This document shows positions 26,022-37,696 of a stretch of 64,000 bases of DNA, one piece after another. Under the pieces are notes generated by a model. The model was not told the origin of the DNA and did no database searches. It saw only the letters and a program-made list of their open reading frames with translations. Both the position numbers and the translations under genes were made by a program. This stretch comes from Octopus sinensis. Lineage: Eukaryota. The stretch lies in NCBI RefSeq assembly GCF_006345805.1, contig NC_043012.1, forward strand, positions 9,672,001 to 9,736,000. Reading direction: 5' to 3'. How positions within the stretch are numbered: the stretch's first letter is position 1; every line of letters starts with the position of its first letter.

Positions 26022-27020
26022 AAGGCGGCGAGCTGGCAGAAACGTTAGCCTGCCGGGCGAAATGCGTAGCCGTATTTCGTCTGCCGTTACGTTCTGAGTT
26101 CAAATTCCGCCGAGGTCGATTTTGCCTTTCATCGTTTCGGGGTCGAAAAATTAAGTACCAATTACGCACTGGTGTCGATGTTATCGACTTAATCCATTTA
26201 TCTGTCCTTGTCTGTCCCCTCTGTGTTTAGCCCCTTGTGAGTAGCAAAGAAAAAAAATAGGTATTTCATCTGCCGCTACGTTCTCAGTTCAAATTCCGCC
26301 GAGGTCGACTTTGCCTTTCATCGTTTCGGGGTCGATAAATTAAGTACTAGTTACGCACTGGGGTCGATGTTATCGACTTAATCCGTTTGTCTGTCCTTGT
26401 TTGTCCTCTCTGTGTTTAGCCCCTTGTGGGTCGTAAAGAAATAGGTATTTCGTCTGCCGTTATGTTCTGAGTTCAAATTCCGCCGAGGTCGACTTTGCCT
26501 TTCATCGTTTCGGGGTCGATAAATTAAGTATCCAGTTACGTATTGGGATCGATGTAATCGACTTCATCACTTTGTTTGTCCCCTCTATGTTTAGCCCCTT
26601 GTGGGCAATAACAAAATAAGAATCGGGAGCATGCGGGGCAGAATGCTGTGCGTCATTTTGCCCGTCCTCACGTTCTGAGATCAAATTTCACATTTGTCAA
26701 CTACGTCTTTCATCATTTCGGGATCGATAAAACCAATACCCGTTGAATACTGTGGTAGATGCGATCGATTACCCCCTCTCTCGAGAACTTTCTGGCTTTG
26801 TGCCATAGTTTAAAAACAGCGAGAAGCAGTGGATTGGCAGAATCGTTACCACACCTGGCATTTCGTCCGTCGTTACCTTCTAAGTTCAAATTCTGCCGAG
26901 ATCGACTTTGCTTTTTATCCTTTTGTGCTAGATGAAATAAATACCAGTTAAAAACCGAGTTTGGTGTAATCAACTAGCTCCACCTCCCAAAATGTCAGGC
27001 AGCGTGCATATAGTAGAAAT
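26022..27020 (+). mobile_element. tandem array of family C SINE (three close units plus two diverged units)
   Basis: One full head at 26022, then units restarting at GGTATTTC.TCTGCCG at ~26260 and ~26445 (period ~185 nt); two older units follow. Confidence 0.9.
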
Positions 27021-27049
27021 AACTCTTCATTATTCCCTTTAGCGAGTTC

Positions 27050-27700
27050 ATATTTCTTGGAAGTATGGAGGTTTGCAAATATTGATGAAGTGAAGTCTGT
27101 GAGACGTTTTGGAAAAGTAAATAGCAAAGGTTATTTAATGTCGATATTAATTAGCTTAATGAGAAGAAGGAATTTAAATATGTAGTTTAGCTGAGGGCAA
27201 TCCAACATTCAGTAGAAGAGGTCAGGTAACAAATATTTGAGAATTTCAAGATAACAATCTCTAGACTTAATTCCATTAAATAAGTCCTTGCTCGAACAAA
27301 AAGGATTAAATCGAATTACTTTAGTTGCGAAGGGTAGATTATATTTGGAAGTAGTTAGGAAAGGAATGGTTATAACATTCTTTAGCGGTTAGATTAAAAG
27401 AGATCGGAGAGAATCGTAAAAATACGTTTAAGTATCGAGCTAATTAATTCAAATCCAGTTTAGTTAGCAGAGGATTCTTAATATATCAGCTCGTGGGTTG
27501 GTTAATACGAAGTATAAACTATAGTAATGTTAACTGTTGAATTTAACTATTTGTAGCCAAGTAAGCTACGTATTTGAGGTTTTTGATTTGAAATTACGAT
27601 TACGATTATTACGATTATTAAGAATACGATTATTAATTAATTTGGAGTTATATTTAATTATGTATAGGCATCCCAGATATGATCATTTCGTACTATCACA
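27050..27700 (-). pseudogene. possible degenerate Penelope-like element coding remnant
   Basis: Minus-strand KVIRFNP (cf. RNIIWFNPP in PLE RT-endonuclease linker) and PRADILRIL; heavily decayed. Confidence 0.3.
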
Positions 27701-28148
27701 ACGAACGCACGCACGTACGCATTATCCAACGTATTACTTTTAAATTTAGTAGGAACATGATTTAAAGTAAATTCATTGTTATTTTGTGAAGGTTACATAG
27801 AAACTTTTTTGTGAAGGTTACATAAAAATTTTTTTGGGTAATGATAATAAACAATTAGATCTTCAGATAAATATGTTGAGCCCTGCATTTAAATGATTTT
27901 ACAGATTTTTTAATATTGTACAAGACTTAGTCCTCAACTATCTAGACCTTCCTGTTTTTCTTCATTTGTCTGTTTTAGTAGTAGGTTATCCGTCAGTTTC
28001 GCCGATGACCACTCAATTATTTGAACAAATGAAAGTTCAATTAGTTGAATACAAGTGTAAATAGCCGAAATATGACAAAGCCGACCCCTTCCAACATAAC
28101 TGTCAAACCGAAATCAGAGTGACAAAAAACGAGACAGGATTCCATATA

Positions 28149-28512
28149 GTTCCCGTCTACCAAAAGTTTACTCACAAGGTTTTGGTCAACATGATTCTAT
28201 GTATTGCTGCGCAAGGTGACTATTTCGATAGAGATGATGTTAAAAGTTAGTGAATGGATTTGGTAGACGGAAACTGAAAGAAGCCCCTCATATATATGTA
28301 TATATATGTGTGTGTATGTGTGTATATGCATGTGTGTCTGTGTTTGTCCTCTCAACATCACTTGACAACCGATGCTGGTGTGTTTACGTCCCAGCAAAAG
28401 ACCGATAGTACAAGTGCCAGGCTTACAAACAATAAGTCCTGGGGTTGATTTGCTCGACTAGAAACGGTGGTCCAGCATGGCTACACCCAAATGACTGACA
28501 CTGGTAAAAGAG
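28149..28512 (+). mobile_element. rearranged family A SINE (inverted 5' fragment, filler, then 3' part)
   Basis: 28149-28188 is an inverted piece of the same segment that restarts at 28250 on the plus strand. Confidence 0.75.
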
Positions 28513-28978
28513 TACATAACTTTATCGAGAAAGATATATGCTCCCATACATATACGCCCATGAGTATACTCACCAGATATATATACACGCTATTATGTAT
28601 ATTCAAATTTGAAAGAGGATTGTGTGCATCCGTACCTCAGCTCCCATCCACAATGATATGCATGCATACACGTGACCTCATTCTGAATATATTTACGCAC
28701 AGACAGATACGCACAGACAGATACGCACATGCAGGTACATTTCATCGTCTGCGAACCCACTCACACGTGCACATAAACACACACCCATTAACCTCTTTAT
28801 ATATGTCCCGATGTATACATTTGCATACATATAAACCATAAGCATACATACGCAAAGATACATATATAGATCAATATACACGCATGTGTATTTTAATTAT
28901 ACGCATGAATATTCATGCATCTATTTGCATCTCCCCTTGGCTATATTACCATATCCGAACACGCATAGTCTTTCATCG

Positions 28979-29362
28979 GTGGAGGCGCAATGGCCCAGTG
29001 GTTAGGGCAGCGGACTCGCGGTCATAGGATCGCGGTTTCGATTCCCAGACCGGGCGTTGTGAGTGTTTATTGAGCGAAAACACCTAAAAGCTCCACGAGG
29101 CCCTGGCAGGGGATGGTGGTGATCCCTGCTGTACTCTTTCACCACAACTTTCTCTCACTCTTACTTCCTGTTTCTGTTGTGCCTGTATTTCAAGGGGCCG
29201 GCCTTGTCACTCTCTGTGTCACGCTGAATACCCCCGAGAACTACGTTAAGGGTACACGTGTCTGTGGAGTGCTCAGCCACTTACACGTTAATTTCAAGAG
29301 CAGGCTGTTCCGTTGATTCGGATCAACCGGAACCCTCGTCATCGTAACCGACGGAGTGCTTC
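28979..29362 (+). mobile_element. SINE family B, tail type i (full length)
   Basis: 15-bp TSD CATAGTCTTTCATCG at 28964-28978 and 29363-29377. Confidence 0.92.
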
Positions 29363-29724
29363 CATAGTCTTTCATCGATTGTTGTTTGTTATGCACCAAT
29401 ATGTGAGAGTTTGCATACGATGAGATAAAGAAAAGCAATAACATAGTATATATTTGGCTCGAACAGAAAGGGCACAGGCAGCATATACGCATTAATTGAA
29501 TAATCAGTCAATAAACCGCCCAAGTACCTTTTGAAACATCACCTGACGCGACATACCAGCAGTCAATGATGCAGTACAACCAATTGCCCAGAATCTCACT
29601 CGTGACGGACTTACGCACAATGGTTCGAAACGATCGTAGTGTTTCTCGTGAATTCCATCTTTTCTTTCCATTACACACACGCACACACACACACATATAT
29701 AATATGAATAATATGTATATATAG

Positions 29725-29761
<37 letters not shown>

Positions 29762-29799
29762 AGCAGATATACACGTATATGTGTACACGCCCATATATA

Positions 29800-29851
<52 letters not shown>

Positions 29852-29919
29852 TCATATATATATATATATATGTGTGTGTGTGTATGTATGTATATATACA
29901 TGCATATATGTGTACAAGG

Positions 29920-30165
29920 TGTTTATTGGACACCCTGTGGGATGGAAAACAAAACCCGTCAAAGGCCGGAGGAACTCTTGAGAGTCAACGACCATCCAAT
30001 AAATGTCTTAGGGCTGTATCATGCGCGGGGATACCCGATCGCGCGGTTAAACCATTGGGAGTGAAGGACTCCTAGCCTTTGTTAGGGCATCCTTCTAGGT
30101 GAAGGTAACTCAGGTAACTGGGATAACTCCGACATAAAACCTGCGGCTCAGTGGTTACCGATGAT
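29920..30165 (+). mobile_element. probable 5' region of an RTE-clade LINE
   Basis: GCCTTTGTTAGGGCATCCTTCTAGGTGAAGGTAACTC...GACATAAAACC resembles RTE 5'UTR motifs I recall; no coding part attached. Confidence 0.4.
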
Positions 30166-30591
30166 GTTGACTTGTTCTTCTTTTCGGATTATGGCTGCTG
30201 TTGCTTAGTGAGTGGGATTGTCTCAGTGCACAGCCTTTCCTCACTTCAAAAAAAATCTCCTTGCACAGACATTGCACGATAACAACATTGATTAAGCTTC
30301 GCGCAATGGCCATACTCAATAACGAGTGGGAAGCCATTATATATGTGTACAGGACGTCGAAAAACGTGAACAAAATGAGAAACGAGAACATAAAATATAA
30401 AAGCATGGAAAATGAACTTTTTTCGAACAACGAATAAAGCAAATAGAGAAAAAGATAGCCAATATAAAGAACATTTCCAACATTCCCTTCGTCAGCTGTC
30501 CCGTGTTTTATCTACTTCGCGTTTCTTATATACATATATATATACCTGCATACATATACACTTATGCATATATATATATATATATATATAT

Positions 30592-30630
<39 letters not shown>

Positions 30631-30631
<1 letters not shown>

Positions 30632-30885
30632 TTCATAATTTGAAACTGACTTATTGGAAGTCCACCTGAAGATTGTCGATCAAGACAAGAAACAATTGTA
30701 GTGGCGGTTTTTTTGACTATTTATTAAAATTTTATGTATTGATTAAGTCTTCCTTGTTTGTTTTGCAAAATAGTGGTTTTGTCTCTAATAATATTTTATA
30801 ATATTTTACTATAAATTGGATTTAATCCTAAATCTGATTTTTTCCCTGTAAATTTGGATTTATTCCCTAATATTTATTATTTATA
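30631..30885 (+). mobile_element. short (TA)n-flanked HHR-bearing element
   Basis: ~255-bp unique segment between two (TA)n tracts containing the ribozyme fold at 30662-30704. Confidence 0.6.
30662..30704 (+). ncRNA. minimal type-I hammerhead ribozyme fold
   Basis: Helix I CCAC/GUGG, core CUGAAGA, helix II UUGUC/GACAA, GAA, palindromic helix III ACAAUUGU, cleavage triplet GUA. Confidence 0.75.
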
Positions 30886-31747
30886 TATATATATATATAT
30901 ATATAAACACACACTCACATATGTATAAATTTATATTGCAAATAGTTTCAAAAAGCCTACAAACATTAACGTAGAATATAGATTATGATAATGACAGTTG
31001 TTATCTAAAGAATAACTTGTTCATGATGTGTGTTGCTTTCTGATTTTCAGTGGGTCAGGAACGCAAAAGACTCGAGACATAACAAGTAAAAATAAGAAAA
31101 CAAACTCTCTCAAAATGTTTTCTTCTTCATATTAAATATGCCGAGAGACAAACCAGCAATTTTCATGAGTGAAATGTAATCCAATTTTTTTTACAGTTAC
31201 ATAGCATTGTCTAGATGCCAAATGATTATTAGCAGCTCATTAAAATTATAATCATTTGTTCATACGATTAGTAAGTGATTGTGAAGTTCGAATATTTTGG
31301 TTTCTTACTTGTATTTCAATAATGTTTTCGGAAATTATTCAGATTAAATCTCATGGATGCTATCTGGAATCTGAGATTTAGTGCATTTGATTTGCAGCAG
31401 ATACGATTACACTGAAATATACACATAACTCACGTACACCCCACAAACATATAGACACATATATTAACACATATACGTACACACAGATGCAAATGGAACA
31501 TATCAAGCACACACACAAGAGCACACACTTTTATATCAAAAACAAATATACACATACTCAAGTATATGCTCATATATTTGTTCAAATCATTAAGAAACGT
31601 ACTTTTTATATAACATAGAAGAGTGCAATGATATTGTAGTAACAGACATATTGATAGGAAGAGGGAGATAGTTTTACAAATAGAGAGGAACACAATTTTA
31701 CTACCATGTACACCAGTGTTTCACATTACGCTGTGATTGTTCATGGA

Positions 31748-31793
<46 letters not shown>

Positions 31794-32090
31794 GATATAT
31801 ATATATATAGATCATATATATATATATATATATATATATGTATACATATATATATACATATAATATATATATTACATACTATATATATATATATCTATCT
31901 ATATATATATATATAAATAGATAAGAAAAGGTTGTTGGTCTAAAAGCACGTGGGTGATATATAAGAAAATAGTAAAGTGTGAAATAAACGACCAGAAGCT
32001 TAAATGTTAAAAAATATATATATTGGTGCAAAATGTCTGGAGAAATTGGAAAAAATTTTTTTCCTTTCCTTAAAATGACATAATTTTAAA

Positions 32091-32264
32091 TATATGTCCT
32101 TTGCTCTTGGACTTTCCTCCCTCTCCTGTTTCTGACGAAGAGCTTGCTCGAAACGTAAAATAATCTATTTTAGTTTTCCTTCCCTAAGGGTCTGCTATTC
32201 TCTGCATGTACCACGACCTCACGTTGTTGTTTTTTTTCTTGTGTTTTCCTGTTTTTTTAATAAC

Positions 32265-32267
<3 letters not shown>
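32091..32267 (+). mobile_element. family H1 short element with hammerhead motif (core 32132-32158)
   Basis: GUUU-CUGACGA-A-GAGC(UU)GCUC-GAA-ACGU-A-AAAU; homologous to 34397, 34950 and 61160 copies; followed by (TA)n. Confidence 0.7.
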
Positions 32268-32300
<33 letters not shown>

Positions 32301-32387
32301 CTATATATATAATTTGGCCCTCTGCATGGCACCTTGGGCAAGTGTCTTCTACTATGTCTATCTATGTATCTATCTATCTATATAGCC

Positions 32388-34000
32388 ATTCGCGGAAATG
32401 GAGATCTATCGAGACCTTTCGACATTGCATGTACAGTCCGTCAGAGATGCCCCCTCTCGTCGCTTCCATGCGTATTGACCCCCGAGCCACTACTGCGGAA
32501 GATGACGACGCTGAGGGGCATCCCGTGAGAATTTGGATGCGGGACGAGCGTGTCTGCATACGCGGACGATGTCACCGTCATAGTGTCTAGCCAGAAGGAC
32601 ATCGAGCTCGTCGGCGAGACACTGAAAGACTACGAAGCACAACAAGAGCGAAAAGTCAGTCGGCTTGCAATTCGGCACCTGGAGAAGCAAGCCCATGCCA
32701 TCCACCAGCGCCTCCGTCGTGAGAGGCTGGACCGACGGCCCGGTCGAGTTGCTCAGGGTCAAGTTTAGTCCGGACCGCCAAATGGAGAAGAACTGGGACG
32801 AGATAACGTGTAGGGTGGTCACTCTCGCCCGGCAGTGGGCCGAGTGGAAGCTGTCCCTAAAAGTGGTGGCGAACACGTACATCGCATCCGTCATCTACTA
32901 CCACTTGAGCGTTGTGCCTTGTCCCGACCCTACCATCACCAAACTGGAAGGCATTCTCTTCCGCTTCTTGTGGAAAGGATGCGTTTCGATGGTCAGGCGA
33001 TCTGTTTGCTGCCAACACTCGTTAAAGGAGGGCTGGGCATGCCCTGGTTGATGATGCGCAGACACGCGCTGAGACTGCGACATCTCCGGCTCTACGTAGA
33101 CGACGGTGAACAGGTGTGATCGCCGTTTGTGAGGCGCGCTTTCCCGCAGCTCGTCTCCATGACCGAATTGCTGTCGCTGATCAAAAAGAGGCCGATGAAG
33201 GGCGAATGGCACCGCGAGTGTTGCGTTGCTCTCAAGCAACTATGCCGTTCCAGATCGACCTTGAGCGTCGTCAACCAAAGCATTCTTCAAGGGATTAGTG
33301 GAGGGGAGGTACGACGACGATCTTGGGGCGAACCTGGGCATCGACGAGGAATACTTGAATCGCCTGTTCAAGACGACTTTCGGGCCGGAGATCCCTGACC
33401 TGGCAGTGCCATCGAGAAGCGCTACCCGATCGGGATAAGCTCTACAGGCATGACTCCAGAAAGTTGGGGCTGACCTGTCCGAGATGCGGTCAGAGCGACG
33501 AAACCATTCTGCATGCACTCGTACAGTGTCCAACCATTTCCGACCTGTGCGCCTATGTCGAACGACTGCATTTGCGTGTGGGACGAGTCGTTTTATCAAC
33601 TGAGTCTATAGTGAATATTGTCGCGTCTCCTTTCTTGAAACGAGAAGGAAGTGCCGTTTTTACCGTACTTGTGGCTATGGCGAAAGAATGTGTATGGTGG
33701 ACGCGTCTGAAAGGTCTAGAGACATACACTTTCCTGTCTGGTCAATCTCTCATCAACTTCTCCAAGTATCGCTTGAAGAGGAAAGTGAGAGAAGAGAGGG
33801 AGGTTTTATCTAGTGAAAGTTTCAAAAAAAGATGGGCGAATGTAGCAAGGATGGCACGTGTGAATGACGGAGCCAGCTTGAGCATAATCCTATGAACAAA
33901 AAAGAAAATAACGAAAGGAAAAAAGAGAGCCACTTACTGTCATGTGTTTTCTTTTTTGCATGACACTATTGCCCAAGGTTCCCATGGTCTTTTCCGTATA
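32388..34000 (+). mobile_element. 5'-truncated Tx1/L1-clade LINE (RT 3' half, zinc-finger, 3'UTR), frameshifted
   Basis: VRQRCPLS, SAYADDVTVIV (YADD), FRFLWKG...GGLGMP, CPRCGQSDETILHALVQC (CCHC) in order across ORFs 32334-33895; GC-richer than flanks; fused at its 5' end to a family A head fragment (32310-32387). Confidence 0.88.
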
Positions 34001-34080
34001 CATATATAATATATATATATATATAATATATATATATATATATTTGATCAAAATAAAAACATGATGCCAAGGATTCAGCA

Positions 34081-34158
34081 GCGGTACATATGTTTCGGGC
34101 CTTTATTAGACAAATTTATAACAATGCATAATGTATGTCTGTGGCCTTCTTCAGCCGC
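34081..34158 (-). ncRNA. type-I hammerhead-like fold with extended helix II
   Basis: Minus strand: GCGG-CUGAAGA-A-GGCC...AGACA/UGUCU...GGCC-C-GAA-ACAUAUGU-A-CCGC; palindromic helix III, GUA triplet; one extra C before GAA. Confidence 0.6.
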
Positions 34159-34358
34159 GCACAACAGCTTCCACAAGGACATGTGTTACATCAAAAATTC
34201 TTGGTTGGGGATGCAAATCCTCTCATTCGCGTACGACATAATGCGGCAACAGCATAGAATTGAAGCGTCCATCTCTTTCTTCTCTCAATGTAGAATCCAC
34301 CACCTACACCACCAAACGGTATACACAGGTGCTTATAATTATCAAGTACTCACCCCGA

Positions 34359-34396
<38 letters not shown>

Positions 34397-34398
<2 letters not shown>

Positions 34399-34606
34399 AG
34401 TTAATCCAAACAAGAAAACAAAAACAAAAAAAAACAACAACGCAAGGACGTGGAACAAATAAAGTATTATTGGACGCTCAGGAAAGAAGTGAAGAAGGAG
34501 GGTTTGACGTTTCGAGCGGAGTTCTTCGTCGGAAACATAGGAGAAGGAAAGATCCCGAGAAGGGAAGACAGGGGAAAAAATCGCTAGTGATACAGACAAG
34601 GTCACA
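34397..34606 (-). mobile_element. family H1 element (hammerhead core mutated to CCGACGA)
   Basis: Collinear with 61160-61343 from the TGTGACC start; motif at 34505-34536 with GUC triplet; (TA)n flanks. Confidence 0.75.
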
Positions 34607-34751
34607 TACTAAAAGCGTACTATATATATATATTGTTATATTTCGGAAAGGTCATTTTGCCAGTTGAGCCAATAAAAACACACGCAATATATTTGGTGTT
34701 ACTTTGCTTCAGTGTTATTTATTTCTTACGTTAATCTTAATCTTATTTCGG

Positions 34752-34791
34752 CCAGAGTTATTTCGTCACGCTCCTGTGACCGCATCAGTGG
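34752..34791 (-). ncRNA. hammerhead-like fold with non-canonical core (CUGAUGC)
   Basis: CCA-CUGAUGC-G-GUCAC(AGGAGC)GUGAC-GAA-AUAACU-C-UGG; helix II perfect, helix III imperfect. Confidence 0.35.
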
Positions 34792-34884
34792 TCCTTTATT
34801 TTCTTCTTTCTTATTTGTGTCTCTCCGTACAGCCATTTTGTATTTCTATTGTACGTCTCCATTTGCGCAACAAATATTTAAACG

Positions 34885-34922
<38 letters not shown>

Positions 34923-34949
34923 ATATATATCTGTGTGTGTATATATATA

Positions 34950-35130
34950 GTGAATCCAAACAAAGAAGAACAAAGAACAAAAAAACAATAGCGTGAGGAC
35001 GCGGTATAAGTACTCTAATATCAGGCACACAGGAAAGGTAGGAAAGAGGATTGAACGTTTCAAGCAAAGCTCTTCTTCAGAAATAGAGAAAATTCCGAAA
35101 GAAGGGAAGACGGAGAAAGAAAATCGCCAC
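34950..35130 (-). mobile_element. family H1 element with hammerhead motif (35055-35080)
   Basis: CUGAAGA-A-GAGC(UUU)GCUU-GAA-ACGU-U; homologous to the other H1 copies. Confidence 0.7.
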
Positions 35131-36019
35131 ATTTCAGTAGTTGCCTAATTTCAAACGAACAAAACCAAGAATATTGTCTTTTATTGATTACAGTGTCAAT
35201 TCTGGCGTATAGCTATTTGGTACGGTTATCTCTTCTTCTTCATTTAAAGCTGGTTTCATTTGACATTAGGCATTTGTTTTCTTCCACTCGAAGAGAAATA
35301 TTTTCAGTAAATCAAAAGTTTATCTGATATGAAAATTAAAGTCGTTTCACACGTCATCATGTGCTTCTCGATCTGTATATTTCTCGGAAGATTTAGAAGC
35401 AAACCATTGTTACTAAAATAGGCTTCATTACATTTAGCAAATACAGGGTCAGGCAAGAGAGCAATCTTTAGTCTTTGCGCTTATTGCGGGGTCAATGAAC
35501 ATAACTGGAGACGATAGACTCCGAAAAAATGCCGGAGTGTAGGCATTAATAATATTGTGACTATAATAGGAAAGGTGAGGATGTTTGCATATTTCAAAAT
35601 GTATGCTCATATATTTGAATCTTCACACATACATGTTTATACACGTACAACAATGTAAATTTCTAATCTTGGAAACATTAGAAATTATACAAAATTTATA
35701 GCCTTAAGTTTATGTAGGTATGTAAACACACCACACACGCCATGCACTCACACTAACAAGCGGCATACACACACACACACCCACACACAAACACATATAT
35801 ATAAATATATACACACACACACATGAACACATATAATTATGATTAAGGGTACTGACGAGGCACCACCATATACATACATACCTACCTACATACATACCTA
35901 CCTACATACATACCTACCTACATACATACCTACATACATACATACCTACCTACATACATACATACCTACATACATACATACATACACACACACAGACACA
36001 GACACCCACATACACACAC

Positions 36020-36093
<74 letters not shown>

Positions 36094-36491
36094 TATAATA
36101 TACAATCACATAATTTGAAGATATGTATGCATATCCATATATATATATGTCTGTGTATGTATGTAATGTATGTATGTATGTTTGTAAGTACGTATATATT
36201 TACATAAATGTATGCTCATATATTTGAGCGTACACACACACATGTTTGTACATGTACAGCAATATATTGTTGTGATTTCTTAGTTTCTTAGTAAACGCTT
36301 TCTAAACACACACACACACGGACACACATCCTCTCTCCATCACATACAGACACACACACGCTCTCGCGCGCGCACATACATAAACTTATGCATACGTGGG
36401 TGTTTACGTATATATGCATATACATGAGGTATTTGGAATTTCAGAGTCAATTACACAAAGCACCAGACATTCACATGGGTGAGCTATACGC

Positions 36492-37009
36492 TTTACTCTT
36501 TCACTTGTTTCAGTCGTTTGACTGCGGCCATTCTGGAGCACCACCTTTAGTCGAGCAAATCGACCCCAAGACTTATTCTTTGTAAGCCTAGTACTTATTC
36601 TATCGCGCTCTTTTGCCGAACCGCTAAGTTACAGGAACGTAAACACACCACCATCAGTTGTCAAGCGATGTTGGATGGACAAACGGAGACACACGAACAT
36701 ATACACACACATATACACATACATACATACATACATACATACATACAGACATACAGACATGCATACATACATACACACACACTTATATATTATATATAAT
36801 ATATATATATATATATAATATATATATATATACATATACATATACATATATACGACAGGCTTCTTTCAGTTTCCGTCTACCAAATCCACTCACAAGGCTT
36901 TGGTCGGCCCGAGGCTATAGTAGAAGATACTTGCCAAAGGTGCCACACACTGGGAATGAACCCAGAACAATGTGGTTGGTAAGCAAGCTACTTACCACAC
37001 AGCCACTCC
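36492..37009 (-). mobile_element. SINE family A (full length, expanded central microsatellite)
   Basis: Head, (TATG)/(TA) centre and tail all present. Confidence 0.9.
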
Positions 37010-37248
37010 ACAACAATACAATTATACACTTATGAGAGTGTTCGCGATTTCTTTTCCTACATATCTTCGTAAATTCGCAACCTTTGCTCTTCATTACATA
37101 TCCTCGTGCAAAGTTATGCGTGTAAGTAAGGACATATGCATGCGGATGTGTACTGCTACGTAGAAATACAGGAAACATAACTGGATCTAAATATAGAATG
37201 AGGAGCCCAAATAAGTAAAATAATTTGCATATATTAGTGTAGAAAATG

Positions 37249-37572
37249 TGGAGGAGCAATGGCCCAGTGGTTAGGGCAGTGGATTCGCGGTCGGGGGATC
37301 GTGGTTTCGACTCACAGACCGGGCATTGTGTGTGCTTTTCAGCAAAAACATCTGAAGCTCCACGAGGCTCCGGCAGGAGGTGGTGGCGACCCCTGTTGTA
37401 CTCTTTTGCTCCAAATTTCTCTCGCTCCCTCTTCCTGTTTCTTGAGTAACGTTGCGATGGACTGGCGTCCCGTCCAGCTGGGGGGAACACATACGCCACA
37501 GAAACCGTGAAACCGGGCCCACGAGCCTAGCTAGGCTTGAAAAGGGTGACGTTTATCGTTTTTTTTTTTTTT
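37249..37572 (+). mobile_element. SINE family B head and body with tail type iii
   Basis: Family B sequence up to CTTCCTGTTTCT, then the tail seen on the CORE SINE at 25263; flanked by 109-bp direct repeats. Confidence 0.85.
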
Positions 37573-37696
37573 AGCAAGGACATATGCATGCAGATGTGTG
37601 CTGCTACGTAGAAGTACAGGAAACATAACTGGTTCTAAAAATAGCATGAGGAGCCCAAATAAGTAAAATAATTTGCATATATTAATTTACTAAGGG

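Noticed and set aside
26022-26620. CRISPR-like or satellite interpretation of the ~185-bp periodic repeat
   Set aside because: Units are whole SINE bodies with no unique spacers; the DNA is eukaryotic and has no cas genes.
30480-30505. CUGACGA-AGGGAA on the minus strand as a hammerhead
   Set aside because: No helix II partner or properly placed GAAA/helix III could be built.
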